A DNA stretch of 64,000 bases from an uncultured Gemmatimonadales bacterium. Its GTDB lineage: Bacteria; Gemmatimonadota; Gemmatimonadetes; Longimicrobiales; RSA9. Below are positions 21,801-32,127 of the stretch, one piece after another (within the stretch, counting starts at the first letter, position 1; each line of letters opens with the position of its first letter). The notes under the pieces were generated by a model. That model saw nothing but the letters and a program-made list of their open reading frames with translations. It was not told the origin of the DNA and did no database searches. Location of the stretch: contig CAWCRS010000005.1 of assembly GCA_963798085.1 (NCBI GenBank), positions 64,001-128,000 of the forward strand. Direction: 5' to 3'. Made by a program: the position numbers and the translations under genes.

Positions 21801-23856
21801 CGCCTGCGGGCGCCACGGCCGCCGCCACGTTGGTGATGGAGCCGCTGGCCGGCGCGAGCACGCGCACCGTGAAGCTGACCGAGCCGCCTGCGCCCAGACT
21901 GGCAATGGTGGGCCAGGTGAGCACGTTGCCCGCCAGCACGGGGCCGCCTGTGGCATCCACGAACGCGGCGTTAGTGGGCAGTGTGTCGGTGACCACCACG
22001 CTCCCCGCAGCGCTCGTGCCGGCATTGCTCACGTCGATGGTGAAGACCACCATGTCGCCGGCATTGACCACACCGGCATTGGCGCTCTTCTTCACCACCA
22101 GGTCGGCCGGGCTGATGTTGACGGTGGAGGCCGCGCGATTGTCCGCGCGGTTGCGCTCGAAGGTGGCGGTCACGGCCGCGCCCACGTTGGTGACGGCGCC
22201 GCTGCCGGGCGCCACCACGCGGATGGTGAACGAGAGCGAGCTGCCACTGGCCAGACTGGCGACAGCGGGCCAGGTCAGCACGTTGCCGGACCGCAGCGCG
22301 CCGCCCGTGGCGCTCACGAACGCCGCGTTAGCGGGCAGTGTGTCCGTCACGACCACCGCGGCCGCGCTGCTGGGACCCTGATTGCGCGTCTGCAGTGTGA
22401 AGTTGATCGTGTCGCCGGCCTTGACCAGCGGCGCCGACGCGGTCTTCGTGACCACCAGCTCGGCCCGCGCGTCGACCTTCGCCGTCGTCTGATCAGACCT
22501 CGCCTCGGCGCTGGCCGAGATGCCGGCGCTGCCCGTCCGGCGGCCGATGAGTCGTGCCTGCTGCGTGGTGGGACCCGTGCTCACCACCACGGCGACGGAC
22601 GTGTCCGTGCTCTGCCACGTGACCACGCGGTTGTTGAGCGTGACCCCGTTGGCATCCTTCAGCACCGCGGAGAGCAGCAGCGTGTCCGCCACGAACAGGC
22701 TGGGATTGGCCGGCGTGATGGCCACCGAAGAAATGGGCTGCTGCACCACAAAGACCGTGGCATTCCCGGTCTTGCCGCCGGCGGCGGCCGTGATCGTGGC
22801 CGTGCCCACACTGCGCGCGGTCACCAGACCCGCAGTATCCACCGACGCGATGTTCGGCTGGGCGCTCGTCCAGGTGATATGCGTCTGCACAATGCTGCCA
22901 TCGGACGCGTGTACGATGGCCTGCAGCGGAATCGTGTTCGATACTGCGACGGTGGAGGACTGCGGCGAGATCTCGACGCTGGCAATGGTAGCTGCGGCGA
23001 CGCTGATCGCGGCCAGGCCGCTGATGCCATCCACCGTGGCGCGGATGTTCGCGCTGCCGACGCCCGCGGCGCGCACCTTGCCCCCGCCGTCCACGGTCGC
23101 AACGGCCGAGTTGTCGGTGGTCCACGTGGCCTGACGACCGGGAATGACAGTGCCGTTCGCGGCCTTCGCGACGAACTGCAGACGCAGCGTGTCGCCGACG
23201 CCTAGGTTCGCGGAGGGCGGCTGCACCTCGACGGACGCCACGGTCAGCAAGGCAGCGGTCACGCTCACCGTGGCCTGCCCGTTGACGCCGTCGACGGTGG
23301 CGCGAATGACGATGGGACCGGCCGCAAGAGCCAGTGCGTGTACCCAGCCGTCCTGCCGCACGCTCACCACGCCCGGATCACTGGAGGTCCAGACGACCAC
23401 CTTGCCGCCCACGACAGAGCCGTCGCCGGCCTTGGCTGTGGCGGTGAATTGCGCCGAATCGCCGACCGTGATGGAGCGTGCCGGCGGCTGCACATCAACG
23501 GAAGCGACGGGCTTCTGGTCCACGCCAATGGTGGCCGAGCCCGTGTGACCGTCGACCGAAGCGGTAATGTGAGCCGTGCCGGGCGCCTGGGCGGTCACCT
23601 GCCCGTCAGAACTGACGGAAGCGATCGCGGTGGCGTCCGAGCTCCAGGTTACGTTGCGGATCAGCTGGTGGCCCTGCGAGTCCTGCACGTGCGCGGTCAG
23701 CCCCATCTTCTGGCCGACGACCAGCTGGGCCGAGGCGGGGTCGACCTCGACGGAGAAGACTTCTGCCGCGGTAACGGAGACTTCCTTGCAGGCCGAAAGG
23801 CCGGCAAGCACCGCGGTGGCGACGATTCCTGTCGCCCGTCGGATCGAGGATTTCAT
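18888..23856 (-). CDS. Giant surface lipoprotein (~1650 aa): 5 Big_2 Ig-like domains plus 10 DUF11 repeats; frameshift near 21330
   Basis: Lipobox LSAC; repeats VASVEVxP...WxS...VATV...G.V; repeats ADLxVxK...GD.I.YT..V.N.GPS.A..V.V.DTLP. Confidence 0.85.
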
Positions 23857-23867
23857 GACCTGCTCCG

Positions 23868-24924
23868 TCAGCGGAAACGAACGCGCAGTATGTCGATTCG
23901 CACCGCGGTTCCGTCCGCGACCAGGGCTGGCCCTGCCAGGTGCGCCTCTCTGCTCCCCCCACCCGACGACCCCGTACTCGAGGCCGCTTCACCATTGGCC
24001 CGCCTCGCCGCCAGCAGCCCATCAATGGCGCTCAGCAGCGTGACACCCGCCGCCGCGGCGACACCCGTGGCGAGGTACGGCCGCCTGGTCTTCCGGGAAA
24101 GCACATCTTCCGCCGGACAGGCGTTGTTGACCACCACAATGCGGCAGTTGACATCCTGCTGCTCGTTGAAATAGCCCGCGGCCACCGCACCGCCCGCAGC
24201 CAGCAGGGCCACCGCGCCACGGACGCCGTGACCCGTGTACATCTGACCCAGGCCCGGTACCACCAGGCCGAGCGCGAACGCGGTGCCCGGGTTCTTCAGC
24301 CGGGTCGGCGCAGAGTTGCTGCTGCGTCTCGGATGGGACCGGCCTGGCTACCGAATCCGGCGGCGGAACCGCAACCTGGGTTTCCTCCGCTTTCTGACGC
24401 GCTGGCTCATCGAGTGCGGCGATGCGGGACTGCGCCTGCGCGTCCTTCGGGTCCGCCGAAAGGATATTGCGCCAGCCGCGCAGGGCGGCGGTCACGTCGC
24501 CTCTGCCATCCGCCGCGAGCGCCGCGGCCCGCCATTCTCCTATGACCAGCGCCTTTGCCGCTTCGAACGCCTCGATCCGGCTGGGCGAATGTATCGTCGG
24601 GTCCAGCCGGATCGGTGGCTCGGTGCGCACCGCCCGGCCGAATGCGTCATTGGCCTGCTGGCGGTCCCCCAGCGCGAAGTATGCCAGCCCGAGGTAGAGG
24701 CTGCGCACGGCGGCGTCGTGGGGAGGCAGCAGCGGCGGCGCGGCCTTCAGCAGATCTACGGCACGCTGGATGTCCCCGGCGTCGTAGGCCGCAATCGCCT
24801 GCTTCAGATCTGGATTGTCTGTGGTCTGGGCCCCGAGGTGCGCGACGGTGCCGGTGAAAAGCGCTGCCGCCATGGCCACACACACGGATGCCCGCTTGAG
24901 AAGATGCTGGAGCTCGTGGATCAC
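23868..24924 (-). CDS. Secreted TPR-containing protein with hydrophobic C-terminal region; frameshift(s) near 24300-24345
   Basis: Signal peptide; TPR-like YLGLAYFALGDRQQANDAF; second part LVVPGLGQMYTG...ILRVRFR. Confidence 0.65.
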
Positions 24925-25300
24925 AACACCAGTCCTGCTGCCAATTTAAGAGACTTACCCGAACAACGGACTCAAGGGCGGGAACGACCGCTCTTTTTCG
25001 CGTAGCCCGGAACGGATGCGGGCCGCGGCAACTGTCCCCGCGACCCGCCGTTCCACCTGAACAACCTAGACCGCTTCGCATGTGCGGGCAACTGCGCGCG
25101 TGCCCGCACGCGGTCTCAAACGTCATCTCGTCAGCTGCGGCGGTATCGGGACATGCCCTGCCCGACCTCGAAGCGAAAACCGCCGCGAAGACCGGTCAGG
25201 TCATTGAGCACGACCTGTTATGGGCGACACTGGCGCGTGAGTGCACGCAACGCGGCGGGCCGCGGATTCGTTCGAAGAAGGACGCCGCCTGGCGGCTCGT

Positions 25301-25316
25301 CGGCACGCCGCTTGCG
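25301..25316 (+). promoter_or_regulatory. Sigma54 -24/-12 promoter upstream of YihY gene
   Basis: CGGCACGCCGCTTGCG versus consensus TGGCACG-N4-TTGC(W); GG-N10-GC spacing exact. Confidence 0.65.
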
Positions 25317-25331
25317 CCCCTTTTCAGTCTG

Positions 25332-26372
25332 ATGCACGCGATCGGGCCGAATGAGAATCAGCCTGCCAGACGCGCCGCTGTGCATGTCGAGCAACCAGTC
25401 GGGCAGCCGCGCGCAGGGGGAAGAACCGCCACACGGCACGGGCCCGTGCGCGGCGTTGTCGCCTTCGCGGAGCGTGTGATCAGGGAGTTCATGGCCGACG
25501 ATTGCCCGCGCATGGCCGCGGCGCTCTCCTTCTACACGATTTTCTCGCTGCCGCCGCTGCTGGCTCTGCTGATGCTGCTGGTGGGATCCTTCGTCGACCC
25601 AATGCGGCTGCAGACGCGGCTCTCCCAACAGGTGGGCCTGCTCGTCGGGCCACGCGGCGCGGCACAGATCATTGCACTCATCCGCAGTGCCGCCCAGCCC
25701 GCGCTGAGCGGGCCCACTGCCATCCTCGGCATTGTCGCACTTCTGTTCGGTGCCACAGGCGCATTCGTCCAGCTGCAAGGCGCGCTCAACTACGCATGGC
25801 AGGTCGCACCCGATCCCAGGCGAGGCAATGTGAAGGTCTTTCTGGTCAAGCGATTGGTTTCCGTCGCCATGATCGTGGTGGTGAGCTTCCTGCTGCTCGT
25901 TTCGCTGGTGATCAGCGCGCTGCTCGCCGGTTTCGGCGGCCGGCTCACGCGCTACCTGCCGGTCAGTCTCTCTGCGGCGTCACTGCCGATTCTCGATGCC
26001 GTTGTATCTCTGGTCGTCATCGCATTGCTCTTCGCGCTCATCTTTCACCTGGTGCCGGACGCGGTCGTGAAATGGCGGCATGCACTGGCGGGCGGCATCT
26101 TCACCGGACTGCTCTTCACGGCTGGCAAGCTGCTGATCGGCTACTATCTGGGTCGCAGCGATCCCGGCAATGCCTACGGTGCCGCCGGATCCCTGGCCGT
26201 ATCGCTGCTCTGGATCTATTACAGCGCGATGATCCTCCTGCTGGGTGCGGAGTTCACCGAAGTCTGGGCGCGCGTGCGTGGCCAGCCCGTGATCCCCGAG
26301 CGCGGCGCCGTGTTCGTGTCGCGCAAGGTGGTGCCGCAGGAGCACGTCACTTCGCCCGCAGCCGGCCGCTGA
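25332..26372 (+). CDS. YihY/virulence factor BrkB family membrane protein
   Basis: AAALSFYTIFSLPPLL, LQGALN, YGAAGSL..LLWIYYS..ILLLGAE; start uncertain. Confidence 0.9.
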   Translation: MHAIGPNENQPARRAAVHVEQPVGQPRAGGRTATRHGPVRGVVAFAERVIREFMADDCPRMAAALSFYTIFSLPPLLALLMLLVGSFVDPMRLQTRLSQQVGLLVGPRGAAQIIALIRSAAQPALSGPTAILGIVALLFGATGAFVQLQGALNYAWQVAPDPRRGNVKVFLVKRLVSVAMIVVVSFLLLVSLVISALLAGFGGRLTRYLPVSLSAASLPILDAVVSLVVIALLFALIFHLVPDAVVKWRHALAGGIFTGLLFTAGKLLIGYYLGRSDPGNAYGAAGSLAVSLLWIYYSAMILLLGAEFTEVWARVRGQPVIPERGAVFVSRKVVPQEHVTSPAAGR

Positions 26373-26545
26373 AGACCCGACACCCTTTTAACCCAAAGTT
26401 AGCATGACGGAGCGGCCGCTCTGACCCGAGGGCACCCATGGCTGCATAAGACCTCGCCGTGCCGGCGCCGCTCCACGGAAAACGAGCGGACCGGCATGGC
26501 GAGGCCCGAGTCGGACGGCGGCTGCCCGGGGTCGGCCCCGGCGCA

Positions 26546-27322
26546 TTACTTCGCCGTGAACGTAATGGGGAGTGAAACCCAGACCGATACCTTGCGCTCG
26601 CGATTCAGTGCCGGTGAGAAGCGCATGATATCGGCGATCTTCAGTGCCGCCGCATCAAGCCCCGGATAGCCACTGGACTTGTCGATCTGGCGCTTCCGCA
26701 CGCGACCCTGCTCATCAATGAAGAACCACACCTGCACGCTGCCGCCAATGCCCGCGTCGCGAAGGAGCGGCGGATAGTCGCGTATCAGGGCGTTCACCAC
26801 TTCGTCCTGATTCAGGATGCGAGGGGCCACGGTCATGGGTGTGAAGTGGGGTGCGCTGTTCACGCCCAGCTCCGTGCCTTCCGCACCCTTCATGACGGGC
26901 TTGCCGGCTCCCGTCCCGCCCCTGACGCCTTCGCCCGTGTAGTCCGACGGCTTGAAGACAACACCCGGGTTGGGCGGCGGAATCACGGTGGGCACGATGT
27001 CCGGAATGGCGATGGTCTGGAACCCCCTGGGGATGTCGGGCGTCGCTGCCGGCGGGGCCACGTCCTTCGGGGTGGGCGGTGGCGGCGGCAGCAGCGTCTG
27101 CTTCGGGATCTCGACAACCGTGTATTGCTCGGGATCCGGCACTTTCGCGTCCGCGACCGCGCGCGTGGCATAGAGCACCGCGCCAATGGCTGCGGCGTGC
27201 GCCAGTACCGACACGGTGCTGGCGGCCAGTGATCCGCGTGCCCCGCGCTTCGGGCGGCTGGCGAGCAGTCGCGAGAAGGGCGCCTCGTCCGCGTTCTGTA
27301 TGCGCGTGAGCTTGCGAGCCAT
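26546..27322 (-). CDS. TonB-family energy transducer
   Basis: N-terminal TM with SVLAH, Pro-rich linker, YPPLLRDAGIGGSV...IDEQGRV...SSG...LDAAAL...FSPA. Confidence 0.88.
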   Translation of the reverse strand: MARKLTRIQNADEAPFSRLLASRPKRGARGSLAASTVSVLAHAAAIGAVLYATRAVADAKVPDPEQYTVVEIPKQTLLPPPPPTPKDVAPPAATPDIPRGFQTIAIPDIVPTVIPPPNPGVVFKPSDYTGEGVRGGTGAGKPVMKGAEGTELGVNSAPHFTPMTVAPRILNQDEVVNALIRDYPPLLRDAGIGGSVQVWFFIDEQGRVRKRQIDKSSGYPGLDAAALKIADIMRFSPALNRERKVSVWVSLPITFTAK

Positions 27323-27669
27323 GCTTCCTCCCTGCGCTTCGACTCCTGACCGGGAGTCCCGGCCCCGCGACCCACCGTATTCCGCGTCGTGCGGCGACGG
27401 CGGCGGGCGGGGTCAATGCCTCTGTTCCGTATGACGGCATACGCAGTGAGACTTGCACACGGCACCCGCAGCAAGGGCTGGGGGGAGCCGGCAGCGGGAG
27501 GCGGCATTGTCGCCGGCTCTGACATGAGCCCGCGGTTGCCACCGTTCAGCGGCCCGCGCCGTCGTTTCGTCGACTGGCCATTCCCGCGTGCGCGGCGCCG
27601 GCGCTTCCTTGGGCGCGCCGTTGCCGTGTTGCGCCGTCCACGGAGACAGAATGAAGCCCGGCACTCGCG

Positions 27670-28865
27670 TGCGCGCATCACGGACCAGGGCTGGTTCGTC
27701 GAGGTGCGCCTTCCGTTCTCCAGCCTGGGATTCCAGGTGATCAACGGAGAGGCCGTCATGGGGCTGACGGTCACCCGTCTGATCGCGCCCACGAACGAGC
27801 GCGTCACGTTCTCGCCCGAGTTGACGCTGGATGCCACGGCTAACACGGATTTCGCACAGGTGGAAGCGGACGACCAGCAGATCAACCTGGACCGCTTCCA
27901 CCGTAACTTGGCGTTTGGGACCGATGCGACCCTTCGCATGTCCGGCAACGACTACCTCCAGACGGGGCTGGCACAGTCGCTGGATGACGCCGATGGCGAC
28001 AGTACGCGCATCGAGGACCGCTCGCAGGTCTACCTGCGCTGGCAGCGGCGCACCACGCGCGGGTGGTACTACGACCTGAACACGACGCACGCGGGACCCG
28101 CCTACCGGCCCGGACTGGGATTCCTCGCGCGCCAGAAACTTCACCAGCGCGAACATCGTGTCCGACTACTACTTCTTCACCGACAGCAGCGCCTGTTTCC
28201 GGCGCGTGTGGCCGGGCGGTCTGGCGTTCTCGACGTTCCGCAACACGGATGGTGCGCTGGAGTCGGGGCAGTACGCGCTGTGGCTCGAGTGGGAAACCAA
28301 GGCAGGCGGCACCGGCTGGATCGAGCCGAAGCGCTTTCACGAAAACGTGCTGACACGGTTCACCATTGGTGATGCCGAGATTCCCGCAGGCCGCTACGAT
28401 TTTGCGGACCTGCAGCTCTACTTCGGCATGCCGTCCGGCAGGCGGCTGCGCACGACGGTGGACTGCCGTGCGGGCACGTATTTCGACGGTACGCGCGCGC
28501 AGGTCATCCTCACGCCCACGTGGAACGTGTCGCCGTACCTCGAGCTGGGCGGCGACTATCAGCTCAGCCGGCTGCGCTTCCCCGATCGCCATCAATCGAC
28601 GAACGTGCAGCTGGCCCGGCTGCGCGTGCGCGCCGCCCTCGATGCGCGCACGTCAGGCAACGCGCTGGTGCCGTACAACTCGACGACGAACCAGCTCGAG
28701 CAGAACCTGCGGCTGCGCCACGCCTTCGCCGAAGGCACCGACCTCTGGCTGGTCTATAACGAAGGGTTGGACACCGATCGCGCGCTGCTTGATCCGGGCA
28801 TCCGGCCACCGCTCTCCAGCTCGCGCGCCGTGTACCTGAAGTACACGCACACATTCAGGTTCTGA
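27670..28865 (+). pseudogene. Internally deleted remnant of a DUF5916 / CBM9-associated outer-membrane protein gene
   Basis: GWFVEVRLPFSSL, LDATANTDFAQVEADDQQINLDRF and C-terminal barrel strands ending YTHTFRF; no start or signal peptide; blocks abut abnormally; frameshift near 28135. Confidence 0.65.
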
Positions 28866-29159
28866 CGCAGCTGACAGCGTGTCAGCTTACAGCAGGCTTA
28901 CATTCGGTCCGCCACACGCCTGCCTGCCTTTCCGGCGTCCCCATGGCAGGGCAGATCGCGTCCACGCGATGGGACGGCGGCAGCGCAGCGCAACGGGCAC
29001 GTCCCCCCGCGCAGGCAGGCGATCTCTGCAGCACGGCATATGCAGTTAGTGGAGCTGGCTGTGAGCAGAGAGCGGAAGTGCCGCTCACCGGCTCGCAGCG
29101 AAGCCAGCGTACCATCGCGTACGACACAGGGATCTTGTGATGATCCGGAAGAAGGAACC

Positions 29160-29828
29160 ATGCAGTCGCTACTCACTGCGCTCGCGGTCGTGACCGCGAC
29201 GCACAGCCCCGTTGTAATCACTCCGGCTTCAGCCGCGAAGCCCGCCCGTCCTCCTGCCGTCAGCAGTGCCACCGTCACCGTCGAAAACGATCGCAATGTC
29301 GCCATGACCGTTTTTCTCGAGCAGGGCAATTTCAATGTGAAGCTGGGCAGCATCGCGCCGGACCAGACGGCCACCTGGCAGCTGCCGTCCTGGGTTTCCA
29401 ACTATGATGAGTCGGTGCAGTTCTATCTCGAGCCGCGCAAGGGCACGTCGCTGGAGTCGCAGGAACTCCAGATGCAGCCGGGCGCGCACATCGGCCTGCT
29501 GGTGCCGCCCGGAAACGGGCTCGCGGATGTCACGCCGCGCATGACGGCCGTGCTCTCACCTGCGGACGAAGCCGCTACAACCGTGACGGTGCAGAACGAC
29601 AAGCCGGGCCCGATCGCGGTCGACCTCGAGCAGGGCGACTTCGACATTCGTCTCGGGTCCGTACCTGCGCGCAGCATGCAGACGCTGCGTGTGCCGCAAT
29701 GGATGGTGTTGAACGGAGGCCTGGTGCAGGTGTTCCTGCACACGCGTGCGGGCGATGATCTGTCCAGCTCGACGTTCGAGCTGCACGACGGCGCCCACTA
29801 CGGCGTGCAGGTACCGACGCGCAGCTGA
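29160..29828 (+). CDS. Exported hypothetical protein with two tandem beta-rich repeats
   Basis: AAGGA RBS; repeats ATVTVENDRNVAMTVFLEQGNFNVKLGSIAP and TTVTVQNDKPGPIAVDLEQGDFDIRLGSVPA. Confidence 0.7.
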   Translation: MQSLLTALAVVTATHSPVVITPASAAKPARPPAVSSATVTVENDRNVAMTVFLEQGNFNVKLGSIAPDQTATWQLPSWVSNYDESVQFYLEPRKGTSLESQELQMQPGAHIGLLVPPGNGLADVTPRMTAVLSPADEAATTVTVQNDKPGPIAVDLEQGDFDIRLGSVPARSMQTLRVPQWMVLNGGLVQVFLHTRAGDDLSSSTFELHDGAHYGVQVPTRS

Positions 29829-29906
29829 GGCGGCGTCGCCTTCAGTGCGTGCTGCGGCCATGAGCGCGCCGAAGCGGGGTCGGCAAGGCCCTGCCTCGGC
29901 GCGCGC

Positions 29907-30869
29907 TCATTGCGGGAACGGCTTGCCGCTCACCACTGCGAGCCAGGCGCGGGCCACGCGCTCGGTGGGCAGCCAGACGGCAGTCGCGGTGCCGGTCTTG
30001 TCGCCAGCCGCGGGCCTGATGGCCAGCGCATCGAGGTCACCCAGCCAGCCGCTGGTTTCGCTCAAGGGCCTGAGGGTCGCCGACGACGCCCCGTCCTCGG
30101 CGGCGAGGCGCAAGGCGAGGACGTCTTCGAAGAAGGTGGCACCCAGATCACGCGAGCGGCCCACGACGTGCGCGAGGCCGGGCTCTTCGGTGAGCGCCCA
30201 GAGCGCACCGCCACGGCGGTTCACCGCGAACAGGCCGGTTATGATGTCGATGCGCGACTTCAGGTCCTTCTCGCCAATGAACAGGAGACCGGGCACGTTG
30301 CGCGCCGCGCGTGACGCCAGCGCCGTGTAGTAGATGCCACCCTTGTTCACCACGAACGCGATCACGCGCTCCGGCTTCCAGGCCGTGAACTCGTAGTCGA
30401 ATTCGCCGCCGGCTGACATGCCCCAGAGCATGAGCGGCGCGCCCGCCAGCTCGGGATGCTTTGCCTCACCTGCAAGCAGGGAAAGCGCATCGAGCAGCGC
30501 CTGGCCGCTGCCCTGCCCCACGTTCACGTAATCCTCGATGAATCCCTGCTCGTGCGGCTTGTCCGTGAAGCGGCAGCCCAGCAACGCCGTGTTATGGCGC
30601 ACCGCGAAGGCCCGCCAGACGGAGTCGTCGACCATGGCGCGGCCATCGCCGTTCGAGCCGGGCACCAGCACGACCACCGCCTGCAACGCCGTCGCCGAGG
30701 CTGGATACCACAGGCGGAACTCGGCCTTGTCGTAGTTGGCGCCGGGCGCCACCGCCGTCTCCAGCGTCGCACCCGCGGGCGACTGCGCGGTCAATCCCGC
30801 GGCGCCGTACGCCGCCACGATGAGGGCGACCGACAGCGCGCGTAATCCGGTGTTGCGGCTCCCAGTCAT
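29907..30869 (-). CDS. Secreted alpha/beta-hydrolase-fold protein
   Basis: Signal peptide; GMSAGG elbow; GEKD; AHVV. Confidence 0.72.
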   Translation of the reverse strand: MTGSRNTGLRALSVALIVAAYGAAGLTAQSPAGATLETAVAPGANYDKAEFRLWYPASATALQAVVVLVPGSNGDGRAMVDDSVWRAFAVRHNTALLGCRFTDKPHEQGFIEDYVNVGQGSGQALLDALSLLAGEAKHPELAGAPLMLWGMSAGGEFDYEFTAWKPERVIAFVVNKGGIYYTALASRAARNVPGLLFIGEKDLKSRIDIITGLFAVNRRGGALWALTEEPGLAHVVGRSRDLGATFFEDVLALRLAAEDGASSATLRPLSETSGWLGDLDALAIRPAAGDKTGTATAVWLPTERVARAWLAVVSGKPFPQ

Positions 30870-30900
30870 GGCTCCATCCGGTTGGGATGCAGACGACGGC

Positions 30901-32100
30901 TCAGCGGATCAGGTCCAGCGCGGCCGCCTGCATGCGCTGATTCGCGCGGCTGGCAGGCGACGCCGTGTTGGTGGTGTTGAAGGCCGCGATCACCGCAGCC
31001 GAAGTCGCGGGATTGAAGTAGAGGAACGCGCGAAACCCGGCCTGGCTGCCCGTGTGGCCCAGCAGACGCTTTCCACCCTGATCCAGAATGAAGAAGGAAA
31101 GGCCCATCCACTGATCGGGCGATGACCCGTTGCTCTGCGACATGGGCTGCACCGGCTTCCACATTTCCTCGAGCGATGAACGCTTGAGCACGGTGTCGTA
31201 CAGCTCGCGGCTGGAGCCGCGGATCACGACGTTGGTGAGGAAGGCGGTGTAGCGCACCAGGTCATCCAGTGGCGCATTCCAGCCACCATTCGGCGTGGTG
31301 ATGCCGGGGTCGAAGTCGGCGCCATTGTCGATCAGTGTCTCGTGGCCCGCCGAATCGCGGACAATGTAGTAGTTGTGCGAGCGGTGCGCGGCCAGCCAGT
31401 AGGGCGTGTTCCGGAAGTAGCTGTGATCCAGGTTCAGCGGCGCGAAGATGTTCTTCTGCACGTAGGCGTCCCAGGGGTCGCCCGAGAGCTGCTCGATGAT
31501 GCGCGCCAGGTAGATGAAGCCGGGGTTCGAGTAGCTGTAGCGCGTGCCGGGTTTGAAGTGCAATTCCTGATACGGCATCATGGCGACCAGCTGATTCCAC
31601 GTCGTCGGCTCGAACGGCTCCCAGGGCTTGTTCTCCTTGTACGGCCAGGTCGCGTTCTGGAAGCCGGCCGTGTGCGAGAGCAGCATGCGGATGGTGATGC
31701 TGTCCACCATGCCGAAGGGATCGTGCACCTGGCGCAGTTCAGGCACCCACTTCGTCACGGGGTCGTCGAGTGACAGGCGGCCGCGATCCCGCAGCTGCAT
31801 GATGCTGATGGCCGTGAGCGTCTTGGTGATCGAGCCCCAGTGGAAGATGGTCTGCGGATCGACCGGCACGTTGTGCGCGCGGTCGGCCTGCCCGGTCTCG
31901 AAATGCTGCAGGATGGCGCCGTTCTTCATGTAGACCACGCTGGCGCCCACCACGCGGTCGCTGTCCGTGTAGGCCTTGAAGGTGCGCGTGAACGCGGGCC
32001 AGCCCGGCGACTGGCCCGCGCCCGGCGAGGGCAGGAGGAGCAGCAGCGCCAGGCTGCCGCTCCTCAGGCCTGTCCACCTGCTAACGGAATGTTTGGGCAT
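30901..32100 (-). CDS. Serine hydrolase, beta-lactamase/AmpC-like family
   Basis: SITK (SxxK), LLSHTAG, YSYSN (YxN), GHTG. Confidence 0.9.
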   Translation of the reverse strand: MPKHSVSRWTGLRSGSLALLLLLPSPGAGQSPGWPAFTRTFKAYTDSDRVVGASVVYMKNGAILQHFETGQADRAHNVPVDPQTIFHWGSITKTLTAISIMQLRDRGRLSLDDPVTKWVPELRQVHDPFGMVDSITIRMLLSHTAGFQNATWPYKENKPWEPFEPTTWNQLVAMMPYQELHFKPGTRYSYSNPGFIYLARIIEQLSGDPWDAYVQKNIFAPLNLDHSYFRNTPYWLAAHRSHNYYIVRDSAGHETLIDNGADFDPGITTPNGGWNAPLDDLVRYTAFLTNVVIRGSSRELYDTVLKRSSLEEMWKPVQPMSQSNGSSPDQWMGLSFFILDQGGKRLLGHTGSQAGFRAFLYFNPATSAAVIAAFNTTNTASPASRANQRMQAAALDLIR

Positions 32101-32127
32101 GGCCGGGGGTGGTCTCCTGCCCGCGGG

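Noticed and set aside
18888..23856. Repetitive DNA as a CRISPR array or tandem repeat
   Set aside because: The repeats are degenerate protein-domain repeats within one reading frame; there is no repeat-spacer structure anywhere in the window.
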